Source of the DNA: Perna viridis
Taxonomy: Eukaryota
NCBI GenBank assembly: GCA_037379345.1
Contig: CM074524.1
Span: 34,791,644 to 34,855,643, forward strand
Length of the DNA stretch: 64,000 bases
Reading direction: 5' to 3'
The notes under the pieces were generated by a model. It saw only the letters and a list, made by a program, of their open reading frames with translations. It searched no databases and had not been told where the DNA came from. This document shows positions 12,180 to 26,700 of this stretch, in pieces (the stretch's first letter is position 1; each line of letters begins with the position of its first letter). The position numbers and the translations under genes are program-made.

Positions 12180-12472
12180 GATTGGAGTAGTAGAGAATTG
12201 GCTGTAGTTGTACGGCCTTTTAACACGTTACTGAATAGAATCTAAAGACAATCGAACAAACTCTGCATAATATTTAGTCCGTGCACTAGCTGACAGAAGC
12301 CATGTAAATCCACCTATTCCCTGGAAACATTATTCTGACTAGTCGTCACTATTTTCTGTTTGTCGCGTCATTGGTGGAGGAGCAGTGTTAACATGGAAGG
12401 TCTAGATCCGGATCGATTTCACGACCTCCCGCACTCAAGGTAAGCAAGCCACGAATGTACAGCCATACGACC
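12180..12472 (-). mobile_element. Degenerate tRNA-derived SINE
   Basis: Minus-strand head ...cttgagtgcgggaggtcgtgaaatcgatcc resembles a decayed tRNA-like SINE head. Boundaries are approximate. Confidence 0.35.
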
Positions 12473-14581
12473 GATATGGTCATTTATTTTGAACAAAACA
12501 ATAGTACTTAGAAATGGTCAATAAACTGTTGTACTGTTAATGGGCATAGTGATAGTGTAAAGACAATTGAGTTCATGATGTTGGATACAACTGGTAACAC
12601 GTTGGCAGACGACTTAAGGTTACAGACCACTAACTCAGCCAATCAGATTGTAGAACGTACAAAAATAGTCCACTGGCCATTTTTCCCAAGGATTCTGACC
12701 TCAAGTGGGGCCAATTTAAAAAAAAAAATGTTCAATTATCCGAAATAATTATTAAATTATGTTGAAAGAAACCTATTGTTCCCAAAAATGTAAATTTGAA
12801 AAAAAAAAAAAAAAACAGGTAGAGGAAAAGTAATAAATTCGCAACAAAAGTCGTTGAAAATATGTTTTCGACATTTTTGCTCTAAATTGAACTCTTTCAG
12901 TCGGCAATATCCATAGAAGCAGTGTAGCAACCATTGCAATGGAAAATACATCGTCTAAAAGCACAAGACGGTTGATAAGGTGCTTTAAGTTGAAAGTGAA
13001 AAAATGTATTTTTTGTTAGAAATATAAAACACAGAAAGCAGTAGTCCAACTGACATGACAGTTGCATTCTATATACATTGTTAAAGAGGCAATTTTTTAT
13101 GTTTTGTATTGTTGCTGGTTAAAACGTTACTAGTATATTGCTATTTCTGTTTCAGTAATGGATTAGTTTTACTTTGTCAAAGGACACAACAGTTTGTCCC
13201 GGTGTTTACCAGTCAGCTAAATATAATCCATTCTTCAAGCTTAATAATAAACAAGATACAGTGAAAGATGGCCCGAATCCTTTTAGTGCAATAGTGTTAC
13301 GTCGCTGTGGAAATCAGCAAAGTGAATCTATTTGTAGCAGAGAATTGTATAAATGACTTTTTGAGCATATATTTTAAAAAATTATTATATTCCATTCAGT
13401 GGCCGGTGTACGAGTAGTAACTGATACAAGACTGTTACCCCCCTGTCCCCATTTTCATAAATGACAAATTCCATATTTTGCTAATGTGAAACCCGAAAAT
13501 TGATTTGACTGAAATATAAATTAGAAGATATACTGAATTATACATTTCGTATATAATAAATAATCTGTGAAAATTTCATTAAATTCCATTTGGTTTTGGA
13601 GGCGTATCACATAAGAGATGGGTACTGTTTATAACGGAGGGAAGGAAGAACACATATCCTGTTATTATATACCAACCCACTTTTGTAAGTGAGGTAATAT
13701 AAAGTAGAGTTGTGTGTAGATGATATATTTCCAGCTTTGCAACATCCCGGATGTAAATAGACATATATATTATACAGTGAAACAATTACATGAACGTTTT
13801 GATTTGAACAAGAATTAATATAACAGTAGGAAAAAAATAACAAAACATTGCAAGGAGTTTAAAGGTGGTGCACAAGAGGATAGACAAATATGATTTAAAA
13901 ATGCGAGGGTATCACTGATTCATCCGTCTTCATTTCAACAGAACATTTTATTTCAAAAACTGATTTACAGTAACAGCAATTACTGTCTAGATGAGTGGGG
14001 AAGGAAAGAGAGACTGGTGCCCAGTGTTAAACTGCTACCAGTACAGCTGTCATGGTAACAAAGCATTGTAATAGCTCCATCTCTCATGGTAAATAGGAAA
14101 GGAAAAAGCCCAATGTAAGACTGGTACCAGCACAAATTTCAGGAATGAACGATCGGTGCCCATACGATGTAAGTCTGTTACTGGTATAAGCAGGTATGAG
14201 CGATCGATATTCAGCGTTTAGTAGTATAAATATATATAATAACTGTCAGGTTTTGGCTCTGAATCTGAATTTCCATTATCATGTCTACATGTATAACAAT
14301 GTTATGCATTATGATGAAATGATGACAGCCTCCTTGCTTTAAAGCAATACCGTTTAAGATACTCATAATTCATGAGAATGGTCATATTTATTTCATTAAA
14401 AAATCCTAATTCAATATGGCATATTGATCACAATTGCCTTATCCTACGTATTCTGTTTCAAGAATCATTGCCAGCTGAGTTTGCATTGTAAATTCTACAG
14501 TTGCTCTTATTAGTACTGCCCCTAACAATAAAACAAAAGCAAACAACAAGCCACCAGGTTTATAAATAAATCATATATCTG

Positions 14582-14755
14582 CTACAAGTCACCACCGAGC
14601 CGATCGATTTCTTCCACCAAAAACTCTACGTCACTTTTCAAGACGGCCATATTTGAAAAAATCATTCTGAAAAAGTTCACAAGGTCACCATCTGGCTGAT
14701 ATCCAATCAAAAGAGTTCCTTTTTCAACCATTTTCCGTTTGATTTCTGGAGCTAC
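14582..14755 (-). CDS. CSAD: CSAD/GADL1-like exon 11 (terminal)
   Basis: [21 protein letters not shown]...NFFRM...[10 protein letters not shown]; acceptor tttcAG. Confidence 0.93.
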   Translation of the reverse strand, partial: VAPEIKRKMVEKGTLLIGYQPDGDLVNFFRMIFSNMAVLKSDVEFLVEEIDRLGGDL

Positions 14756-17700
14756 CTGAAACAATTTTACTTTTCGTTATTTGTTGTTGAGTTTTACATC
14801 AACAAAGAAATACTTACAAAGGAGAATGGATATAGTAAACATGTTACAGAGAAAACAACCCCACCGTGATGAAAAATGTCTACTCAAGGTCAACCAAAGG
14901 ACGATGAGGAAACACCACTGGACAGGCTGCAGCTGGCTTCAAAACAACATTATTTACATGCTGCAGCAACATATAAGTAAACTGAACGTGAAAAAGATAA
15001 ATAGATGCCAGAAATTAAATCCTGACCTGGGACAAGCGCAAAAAATGTGGCGGTGTTGAAGTACTTTGTTTGGCGTGGTCACAACCCTCTCCCTTTAAAA
15101 TTGGTCACTGTAGAAAATATTATATTATAAAAATATATAATTAATCATACCTTCAAATCAACTGAAAAAGGTGGGAGTCCCTATTTAATATATAAATAAA
15201 GAAACTGATTGTACCTTTACACAAATGCACCAAGGACTACAAGCAGTTAGCTAGCAGTTAACTGATATGCAAGCTCTCCAGACCAGTTTAAACCTACAAA
15301 AAGCTATGTTCTCATATTTGGGCTTAGTCAATCGTGATATGGTGTTAATGATAAAATTTGAAGTTAGATTTCGAACTTTATACCTTATACATTGATGATA
15401 ATTCACATTTCCTTTTAGAGTTAGCAGTAAACATAATAATGTACTCTCTCTTAACATAGACCAAACAAACTTTAATAACGTTACGGTTTATGAAGTTACC
15501 TTTCCCAGCTGTTCCCACCACTCTTTAGTTTCCGGTTGACCTCTGAACTTTTTGGGTATGTACCAGAAACACACATTTGTACACTGAGGCTACAAATGAT
15601 CGAAAACATTAGTATACACTTAATGTGATTTCGTCTGTTTTTTCATAAAGTTGTGTGACCAGTTTCATGAAAATAATGTCAAGTCATTATGACGCCATAT
15701 ATTAACATGTTTGCTGTGGAAACATATTTTCCAATACTCGTTGAGTTTTGTATGCAGGCTTACTGTAAATGAATGTTTGCTAAACCAAAATTCGAATGGC
15801 TTACCCATGAACGTATATAACATTTCCTCTAAAAACCCAGTGTAAAAGTTACGATTTTTGCCAATTTTGTTAAAAACAATTTTAAGGTTTATAATACTTT
15901 TTACAACAATTGAAATTGGTTATAATTTCTTAATACATTACAGGTACGGATACGGGCTACATAGCATATATCAGCTGTACGGAAGATCCCAAAAACAGGT
16001 ATATTCGACACTTTTTATTGTGTAGCGGCGGTAGCGTAAAGGCCTTGAATATCGTCCGTAAACAAATGATCACAGTATACCTCTTGTACAAGCCTAAATC
16101 CCTCTGTCGTCTTCACAAGTTTTGCCAGATATCTATATTAAATAAAAAGGATGTCATCACATTTACGACAAAACTTGTTATTTAAATTCTAAACATTTTA
16201 ACTTGAATTAAACGAGGTAGTAAGTAACAAGCGAATCTTAATCTACCAAACCTTTGCAAATTATTGTACATTCGTTTGTTCTCTATTTGTTTATTCCAAA
16301 AAGCAACGGCACACGGAAAGGGTTATTATTTATCATACACGTATATAAAACTCTCAACATATTTTAATAAAAGGGAAACATGTTTCGCCTTTTGAATAAC
16401 TATTTTACAAAATAGTTGAACAACTTTGGGTGATATGTGGTTCTATGTATGTTACAGCTGTGTATGTTTCTTTTGCCTCTTTGATTCCCCATTGAACGTG
16501 ACATGAAACCTAAATTAGCCAATATCACACTATACAGAGCTGTATTATCTATTTTCGGTCTATATATACATTGTTAAGGTAACCACCTTTGGCCTTCCAG
16601 GGTGCCTTTGGTCTGAACATACTACATACATGTATATAAAGAACGACAAACCTAGAGCATTCAAACAAGTGATCTACACCAGCGGCCATACCAGCGTCAC
16701 CTTTGGACTTCCACATCGTCCAGATTTTCAAAGCATCTACTTTCCTGCCACACTGTACGGACTTATCTCCAGTGTCGTACGTGACGTCATAAAACTTATC
16801 TTGTTGGAATAGGTACTTAGCCTTGGCAGAATGGGCGTCTAAGAGCAAAGTCTGAAATACAGAAACTCAATGAAAGCTTTTAGGGATGATTGGGCATCTA
16901 ACAACAAACAATAGAAACGCCATCATAAATATGAAAGGTCAGACTGTATAATCTGGTTTTGTTTGTTTATTTTTATGTCAAGCGTTGCAATACCTTGGTC
17001 CTTCGCAAGTTGGTATTATTCAAACTGTCATTGTTTTACAACAATCATATTTCCAAGTTTTATTACTATTTTTTACATTGTTTTGATTTCATGCACAATA
17101 TGAGTATATTTAAAGAACGACTGTAGCACACTTTCTTCTGTCGAATGTATACTTTCGGCGTGAATTCAGTCGAGTTCCGCTATGAATTCATAACATTCAT
17201 CGGGGTGTCTTTTTGTTTTATTATCTTGAGATGTGTTTTTGTAGTGACTTCCGAAGAACCTGAGTCGCTCTCTGTTTTCAGTCAACGAGTTTCGTGACGT
17301 TCGTTTTTCCGAGTGAACTATTCATCTGTTGTCCTTTATATGTTATTGTGTCCCGCCACGATCCTTCAGTATCACTACTACTTCATTATTAAAAGATCAT
17401 TCAGTTAATGCTATATGTCAAACCAAGAAAATGTATACGTCTAAGAGTACCGAGTGAATCGAAATCGCTCAATAAGTTACAAGATTACAAGAAATAAAAG
17501 CTCAACAACTTCTAGAGCACAAACTACGTCGTTTGGCAACTAAATTATCAATTCTATATTCTGTTATTTCTGTAATGAGCAAATCATTTAAAACTAAAAT
17601 TTTAACAGAAAAAAAATCCTTAAAATTTGCATTTCATTTTGCCTCTACTTATACAACAACTAATCATTTCTATTAAATTGAAGTTTTATTTTACAGCTCG

Positions 17701-20700
17701 AGTTATCTTTCCTTATTCTCTAGGTGGCTAACAGGAATTGGATGGATGTGAGAGAAGAAAATTTTAACGATAGTCAGACGCAAAATGACGCTTAAATCTC
17801 AAGTGAGCTAAAAACTAACTACAAGTTTAAATATGATAAACGAGAAATAAGTTTTGTAAATACAAAGTAAAAACTAAAGCTATATACATTGCATAGGAAA
17901 CCATAACATATAACTACAGTTCCCCAGTGGTCGTACAATGTGTTATATAGTGAACCAAACCTTATGTTTTGTTAGAAATGCCGCTGCTTGGAGGTTTGCT
18001 CCCAACATCTTATGTGGATTCCACGTCAGTGAGTCCGCCCTAAACGATATGCACAATAGTTTATCGCGGTGGACGTGTTAGAATTGTGTCCACATTTGAC
18101 CTTTGGCAAGTAATACATAATTACAATGTTTATATAGGATGTGATTACTTACAGTGCACTCGGCAGTTGTCACTTTCATGACTTAGATTCATCAAATTTG
18201 TTCCTCAGTGGCGGATCCAGGAAGGAAGAGGTTCCGGGGCTCGGAACCCCTCTTTTGAAAAAAAGTTTTTCTTAACTACGTGCAAAATTTGAACAAAAAT
18301 TAGCAATTAAGAGCCAAGGACACTCCCCCCCCCCCATTTTACTACATGTAGGATCTTTTCAAATTTTCTGGATCCGCCCCTCTTCTTAGTGTTAGCCATA
18401 TGTTAGGGAGCGTTAACATTCAACAACTCTCTAATTAGATTCATACAAGCAAGAAACCTAACGAACATCACACATATTTCCTTTCACGTGTGATGCCGAC
18501 ACCATAACAGTGGTTTAATTAACTAATTTGTGGTTCATGTCATGCCCTAAAGTTTTTTTTTATTTCATGATTTAAATACAGACTCATTTAAGACTCGTGC
18601 AGAGGGTGATATGTCTGTATTTTTGCCAACTTTCTTTTACTATACATGTAAGTACATCCAATTACCGATCAAAGTAATGAAAAAAAGGGAAAGTGGAGGA
18701 AGCAATGCTTATTTTGTGACTTGTGGTGGAAAAAGTCAGAAAATTTTTAATGCAAATCAGCAATACTGTTATCGTTGAAGTTCATTACTTTTCCAAAAGT
18801 ACATGCTGTCAGTATTTTTATCAGAGTTTATGAGAGATTTTAAGTGGATTAGAAAGTTGTCAAAAAATTAGAATATCGCCTTAATTTAGATAAACGAATA
18901 TCCACATTTTTTTTCCTGGCGTTCTGTGTCATCTTGATTACTTAGTACATGATATGTTAGAATGAACCACCAACCATTTTCTAACCGATATTATGGGCTC
19001 TCGAAAGATATTTTTTCTGGTCAACATTGTAATTTAATATTCGCATACAATATTAAGACTTAGGTATTTTAACATATTAGGTAGTAAAAAACTCGGTTTT
19101 AATGACTTAGACGGGTTTTTTTTAAATCACAGACTCAATCAATAATAAAATGGTGTTTGTTGTACCACCCACCAGATACAAATAACATGTATTTGAAATG
19201 TACATGTATTTCACAATTTATATTTCTTTTCTCACCTCATTCACATTCACGCACTTACTTATAACCACACAACTTTCACACTCATATATTGAGTACAAGA
19301 GACAGAATAAAAAAGGTCATATACTACACGTGTATAGGAGTCTGTCATGATATGGTTACATTGGGAATAAAGGGATTGGCTCAAAATGAAAAACAGGCCC
19401 CAACCTCTAAGATCATACACTGAATATTAGTTCTTACCTTTCAATACCATTCATGTAATGTTTGTATTTGTCAGACACTAGGGCTGAAGCACCCCACGCT
19501 CCATCCACATGCAGCCAAAGCTTGTACTTCTGGCAGATATCAGCAATCTCAGGAAGAGGGTCATATGCCCCGAGCACGGTGGAGCCGCCTGTGGCATTGA
19601 CTAGATATGGTACCATTCCCTGGAATAAAAACCAGGTATTAAACATACATGTACATGTATATCTCATATGGTTGTTCTTGTACCAAATATTACTCTCATG
19701 GTTGTACAAGTATCGCCAAAGATTGTACATGTACCGAATATAACGCACATAATTAGAAAAATATCACATTGTTGTACAAGTAATAATGTGTACCAGCTAT
19801 CTGTGAATGACCTTTTATCACACTGTATACCTATATACATGTACCGGGTGTGTTTGATATTTTATCATTTGTACCAGCGATATGCGAGTAACTTTTTTCT
19901 CATATGTAAGGAATAACTGTGGGTGACTTTTTATCAGGTCTACTGGTTAACTTTGGGTGACCTTTTGATGTGACCAGCTAACTGTGATTGAGGTTTTATC
20001 ATGTGTACCGCCTTATTGCGTGTCTTTTTATCACGTGTACCGGCTAACTGTTCGTTACCTCTTACAACGTGTGATGTCATTGAGTGATTTTTAGTGAGTT
20101 TCACTGGTTACAAAGTTTGTTTTTAGTTTTGGCAAGCACCCTGTCTATGTCAACGGCTAGCTGTTTAAGCTAGGGTGTACCGCAAAAGCGTTAAAGAGCA
20201 AGCTCACTACTTAAGATGGAAAGAAAAGGATGTATTATTGAGTTAATTTAAAGTTAGTTCATTAAACCGGCAATCAAGTACATGTAGAACACTGAAGTTT
20301 AACTGAGCTTCATGTGCATCTACATACATGTATGTTATCTATACCCGTAATAAAAGGTGTTTGGGGTCAAGTTTAACTATTATAATATTATACAGTTCAG
20401 GAGTTTCGCTTAAAACTTAACATCTTAAATTAAAGTCACTTTATGAATGGCGAATTATTATTGAGATTTTCTATAATAAAATCAGTTATTTTTTTTCAAT
20501 TGTCTTATCCTCACAAGAACTTTTCTATACCTACCCCTACTTATGATTTTTGACATGACTGTATCAATATATATTTCTGGTTTATGCTTTGGAATCGTCA
20601 TAAGTTGTTGTCAGAACCTGTTTTGAATCTAGATTCACTTAGAATACTGCATAAATATGCATATTTTCATCTAAATGAGGCTAAAAAAGCTTTTATTTAT

Positions 20701-23700
20701 ATTAGTACCATTTCCTAAAACCACACCACCAACTCCATTCCACACTTTAGTACATACCAAGAAAGTACCAGAAACTATTATTGATGACTGAATTTACATT
20801 GTAAAGAAATAAAGCATGACTAAAAGAGGAAAAATGAAGTATATCTCCTAAAAACTAGAAAAAAATAGAGATAAAAATACTCTCATTGAACTTAAACATA
20901 TTTCCTAGATTGCTCAGTGACACATGCAAGTAGTTTATAAATGACTGATGTTTTTCATAAAAGTGATTTAAATGGAAGCAAAACTTTGAATTATTTCAAT
21001 TCAGGCCTATTTTACCCCAAAATCTCCAAAATTTTAAGAAGAATCACCATCGAAGGCTGATATAAGGTTTTTAATAGACTGAGTTCCACATTTTTCCTGC
21101 AAGTTTGGCCACCTGGAGCCTCTTGTTTACCTTATATTTCACAATAAACAAACAGCAAATTAAAAAAAATACTACAATTCCTTACAGTTTGTTAAATTAT
21201 AGAATATCTAATCCCTGAAATTTGGTACTGCCTCAAAAGATGCAATTTTAAATTGAATTTGCATTATGGACCATATACGGGCCAAAATTATGCATTGTTG
21301 GGTGGTATAAAAAGCATCATTACATGAAAAGTTGAAGAAATGTCATTGTTTTAAGTTCTAAAATATAAGAAAAGTACCTAATCAACATGAAAATATAAGA
21401 AATGGAGCAAAAAATAGACAAAACTTAATTTGAGAACATTTTTTATATCTTCCCATGTTGAATAATGGGAGAAATCAAGAAATGCAGACTCAGCAAAATT
21501 TCATGAACCTGCTCAACAAATAATTTTAATATTTATATATTCAACTATCTGGAATGATTTCTTCAATTTCAGGTACAGGAAGAATTAGAAAAAAACCTGG
21601 AATATTAATTTTCTCAGTTTTGCCAAAAATCAGTATAGGTAGAACGGTACTATATATTTCCCATAGGCGACAACAGTGAAAATTTTGAAAAATTTACACC
21701 TTTGAAACAATGACGGAGCTATAAACTGACTTTTTTCCAATGATATCTTCATTTCTCTAACTAAAATTGCAATCAAAGTCATAGCAAAACTGCCTCGATT
21801 CTTTGGTATTTTAAGCAGATAATGTTTGGGGTCAAACTTCCCCCCTTTTTCTGGGAATGGCACATACATTTTAAAAATTCATAATGTTTATATGAATGGT
21901 TTTCAAAAAATATAATGCAATTTTTTAAAAATATAATAATGTTAGAGCCTGGAATTGATAAAACATTTTGGGTTTCAGCACAATTTGTCCAATCACAGTA
22001 TCCGGAAGTAATTACTTAAGTAGGGTACACAAAAGGCGAACCTAAAATAATGAGAAATTGTACCGTTCTGTCTATTCACTGACAATCCAGAAAGAATACA
22101 TCAGTTTCAACTAGACGTTTGTTACTTGAATAGCCGCTTCAACACGCCGTCGAAAAGTACCAGGAACACGTGACCAGGAATAAGATATGGGATAGTGCAA
22201 TATCAACACGGTTCTCTTCCCGTAATATAAATAGGAAGGTATTATGTTACGGTTGCGAAGTAAGCATACTTGTATATGATGACATAATACATACAATAGT
22301 TTACATTTCTAGTATTTGCACATTAGTTAAGTGATAGTCCTGGCAGTTTTTAAGTGCCTGATATTTTAGAAAACCTGTTTTTTTGACAAATAATTTTGGG
22401 AAGGCACCCAAAATTTGTTATGAAAACTGATGAATAATTTTATTATGTTACCATGGCTACAGATTTTCATAACAAAATAGAAAATAATATCTATCTTTAT
22501 TTCATGGATCTCCATAATTTAAGGTTTTGAAAAATATATACTTTTTACAGGAAAAAAGTGCTGGATTTGCTTGTTCGAGTGTCTCAATAAAGCTTTATTT
22601 CCACAAATTGTCATAAAGTTGTCTACAGTGACCTTTCTATATAATGGAACCAAAAGGTGTGTTTACACTTGATGAAAACTTTTTGGTGAAAGTATTTATT
22701 ATTTCGTACAACATTTTTTTTCTTTTTTACAGTACTATACAGAGTGATATAAGTATCTTGAATATTGAGAAAAATTGATTGAAAATGGAGCATCCATCAT
22801 CCTCAAGGTAACGAACATTTTCAGTGACGTCATACGTTTAGAGATACCTTTTCCTGACACTCTAAGATTGATTTCTCTAGAGCTTCTGGTGACATCCGCC
22901 CTTGGTCGTCAGTTGTAACAGGGATAACATTGTCCATACCAATCCCAAGTAATGCTGCTCCCTTCTTCACAGAGTAATGTCCCTTGAAACAGATAAAATA
23001 AATTCGTCTTCACAGTAAAAACAAAGATGAATATACCTGCTTATAATGATCAGATATGTTAAACGGTTATAATGATCAGATATGTTAAACGGTTATAATA
23101 TACTCCGATCACAGCCCAACTAGTATATAAACACGAAGTTTATACTAGTCGGGCTGCATATTTGATAGTGGGAGTAAGCCCGTGAGTTCCGATATCTTCG
23201 AAGTCCGAATGAAAAGCATATGATGTTTTTCTGGAAGTAGAGGTGACGTCAGATAAGAGTAATCAAGGGAACCAAGGTTATAGCGGTAATCAAAATAATG
23301 TAATCCAGGGACAAAGACCAGACATGGAAAACAGACATACACAACAAAGAACACAAAGCAACTAAAATCATACATACAAAGTAACAAAAGTAAATGAGCA
23401 ACTCGAACCCCACTAAAACTGGGAGCATGGAACAGGTGCACCGGTAGGATAAGCGTCCTCTGCTTTTCTAGAAATACCTGCCGAGTTGCTCATAAAAACT
23501 CAAGTCCGGGGTAGACAAACGAGGAAAGGAAAACTATGACCCGTTGAATAAATCAGTTTTCATGGTGCTGATGGATACACCATAACGATCCACGAGTTCA
23601 TGATGACGACCATAAAATTTCTGTAGTGATGACTTCAATCTTGTAGCAACATAACCCTGTTCCAGAAGCCTATTTGTTAGAGTTCTAGCGCGATACAAAA

Positions 23701-26700
23701 AGTCTGCGTAGTTTCGGCAAGCTCTGGCATAACGTATGAGTTGTGATAAGAACACTCCATACGCAGGAGCCGAAGGGATGTTGCCACAGATGAAAGGAAA
23801 GTTGACAATTCTGAATGAAAAGTCATCACGTTTGTCGTAAAGTGTGGTCAATAGTTTTCCTTTACCATCGATTTCTAAGTGTAGGTCAAGATATGAGGCT
23901 GACTTCACAGTGTCTGTAGTATCTTTTATCTCAAGTTCTTTTGGGTAGATGCGATGTATCAAATCCCCGAAATTAGGATTGTTTAAAGATAACACGTCAT
24001 CTATATAGCGGAATCTGAGATTGAAGGATCTAGCCAAACAATATTCTTTCTTTCTGATCAGATCAGCTATAAAACAGGTACTTATGCTTTTCATTATAAT
24101 AAGAAAGTAGAAATGATAATTACTGGATCAAATACAACAGTCTTTTCTTGCAATTTTTCTTTGCAGGCTCAGTAGGTACTTCCGCGAGTTCCCTTAAATT
24201 TCTTACATTGTTTCATACGTCATGGTAGTCGACCCTGACCGAATCTTCTCAGAAATTAGCACGAAAGGGTTTATTCTTCCGGAATCAATTCAAGCTTAAG
24301 GAACACAACACTACTCGTGTTCATGGCTAGAAAGGAACACTCACCCACTTGTTTTGTTTTGATCGCATACGTTTCATGACATTTAAAATGAACTTCTACA
24401 AAGCAAAGATCGATAAATCATGAGTTGGTCAAAATTATTGTAAACACACAGAAACATCCAAACAATCACCTTCTCTGAAGTGAGAACACAGATCCTGGGT
24501 AGAGCGTGCATTCCCTTTGATTTGATGTCAGGGAATTTCTGGTAGCGAGCTAAATTTAATGAATACATATTTGCTATGGAGCCACCTGTAAAACACGAAG
24601 AAACAATCTTATAAATTATGTATTAGGGTAAAAAATGTTAGTAATGATTGTTTTAATTGGTGACCTCTTTATGTCAGATTTCTAAGAGTGACCCGGCCTA
24701 GAGTTCGTTATATACCCTTTATATATGCTAAGTTGATGAGCATGTCCAATTTACATTTTTACGAGGTAGGGCTTGGGTAGAACAAAAGATTTTTTCTCCG
24801 GGGTAGTGTATATCATAATAGTATAAAAGGTCAATAGTACCGGTTATTATGATCGTATTAATGAATGTGTTTTTTTATGGACCAGTTACAAGTACTAGTA
24901 TCTGTCCAAAGCCAGTAATAATGGCCTAAGGAAGGCAGAGTACTATTACACTCTACAACTGGTTGCCTATTGAAAAGTTTCTTATGCGACTCGGCTGTAT
25001 GCACAATCTACATGTAATTGTATCAAATACTAGTTGTGTTATATGCCGACATGTACATGTGTCCCTGTATTACATTTTTTTGATTACCGCTATAACCTTG
25101 GTTCCCTTGATTACTCTTCCTTAATATTCCCATTGAAACATGGGCTCCAAAATCAGTTTCTGAGACTTTTTTCGAATATTTTTAAATTTTAAAACTTTTT
25201 GATCGGTGGTCCTTTTGGAATGACAGCAATTTTTAGTTTTCAATATGGCTAATAGGAAGCCTCTGTGGTGACTTATTTTTAAACTTAATATCAAGAATCT
25301 ACGGTTTATTTTCCTATTTTTATGATTTTTTCGTCTTTAAACAAATTTAATTAGATCTAGATTGTTCACAGTAGCCTGTAGCCGAAACGCGTTCCCACTA
25401 TCATCCTCTTCAATTGAGAATTTAACAATAGGACAGTACCTGGACAAAATATACCATCTCCGTTAGTAAAGCCCACCAAACTTAGCATCTTCTTAATTAT
25501 CGTCTGTTCTATTAGTATAAAAACAGGAGCCACTTCAAATGTATATCTGAAAAAGAAATATTGATCTACAGAGTAATCAAGGGAACCAAGATTCAAACAG
25601 AAATCAAAAGAGTACATGTATATTACCAGGGTAACGACTAGACAGGGAAAACATACACACACAACACAAAAATGAAATAACCAAAATAACACGTACAAAG
25701 AAACAACAGTAAATGAAAAACTCACACTGCAGCGGTAGGGCAAGCGTCCTCTGCTTTCCTAGAAACACTCGCCGAGTTGCTCATATAACGTCATGTCTGG
25801 GGCAGACGAAAAAGGAAAGGAAAACTATGACAAGATGAACAAAACAGTTCTCCTGCTGCAGATGGATACACCATAACGATTCACGATTCATGACTTGAGC
25901 TATACTTCCAATGAATACCAAGAATAGAAGTACTGATAATTTATTCACAAGTCAGGTCGCCATTGAAACAATGCCTTACATGTATGCATTAGATTTAAAG
26001 TTTATAACAAGAATAGGTATGGTGAATATGTCTAAGAGACAACAACCCCACCTGGAGGAAAATTTCAGCCCAAAGCCAACCATTGGTCTCCAGTGAACGG
26101 CGAGGAAACCCTCACACCACAGGGCAGGCTGCAGCTGGTCCCATACATCATTATACACTGATACATCGAAATAGTTGCCCCTATATACTCAAGTAATATG
26201 AAAATAAACTACATGTTAAAAGAAACAAAACAATACAGATACCATGAATTCCTGGTTTGGGACAGGCGCCAAAAAATGGAGTTAAAAGTAATCACGTGAT
26301 CACAACACTCTCTCTTAAAAATCTTGCAACTACAAAGGTTACCTGCATTACGAGTCCTTGTGCTACGTTTACTTACTGACTGGTGTTTAATGTCTCCGTC
26401 AGCCATGATCCTCCCAGTGTATAGTCATCTAAGCCACCATATAACTGGTTAAAAAATCTTGGATGTCCTATGAAATAATAAAAACATATAATGTTGATGC
26501 CTAAGCTAGAATCCACGCATAGGAAAAAAACGAAAAGAATTTAAGGTAAAAAAAAAACTTACAAAATATTTCATTTGAAAAGAAAAGGCAAGAAAAGCAC
26601 AACCGACAGAACAAAAACAAAAAACAAAACAAAATCAAACAAAACAGATAAAAAAACAAACAAAATTTTGATTTAACAAAACAAAGTAAACAATACGTAT

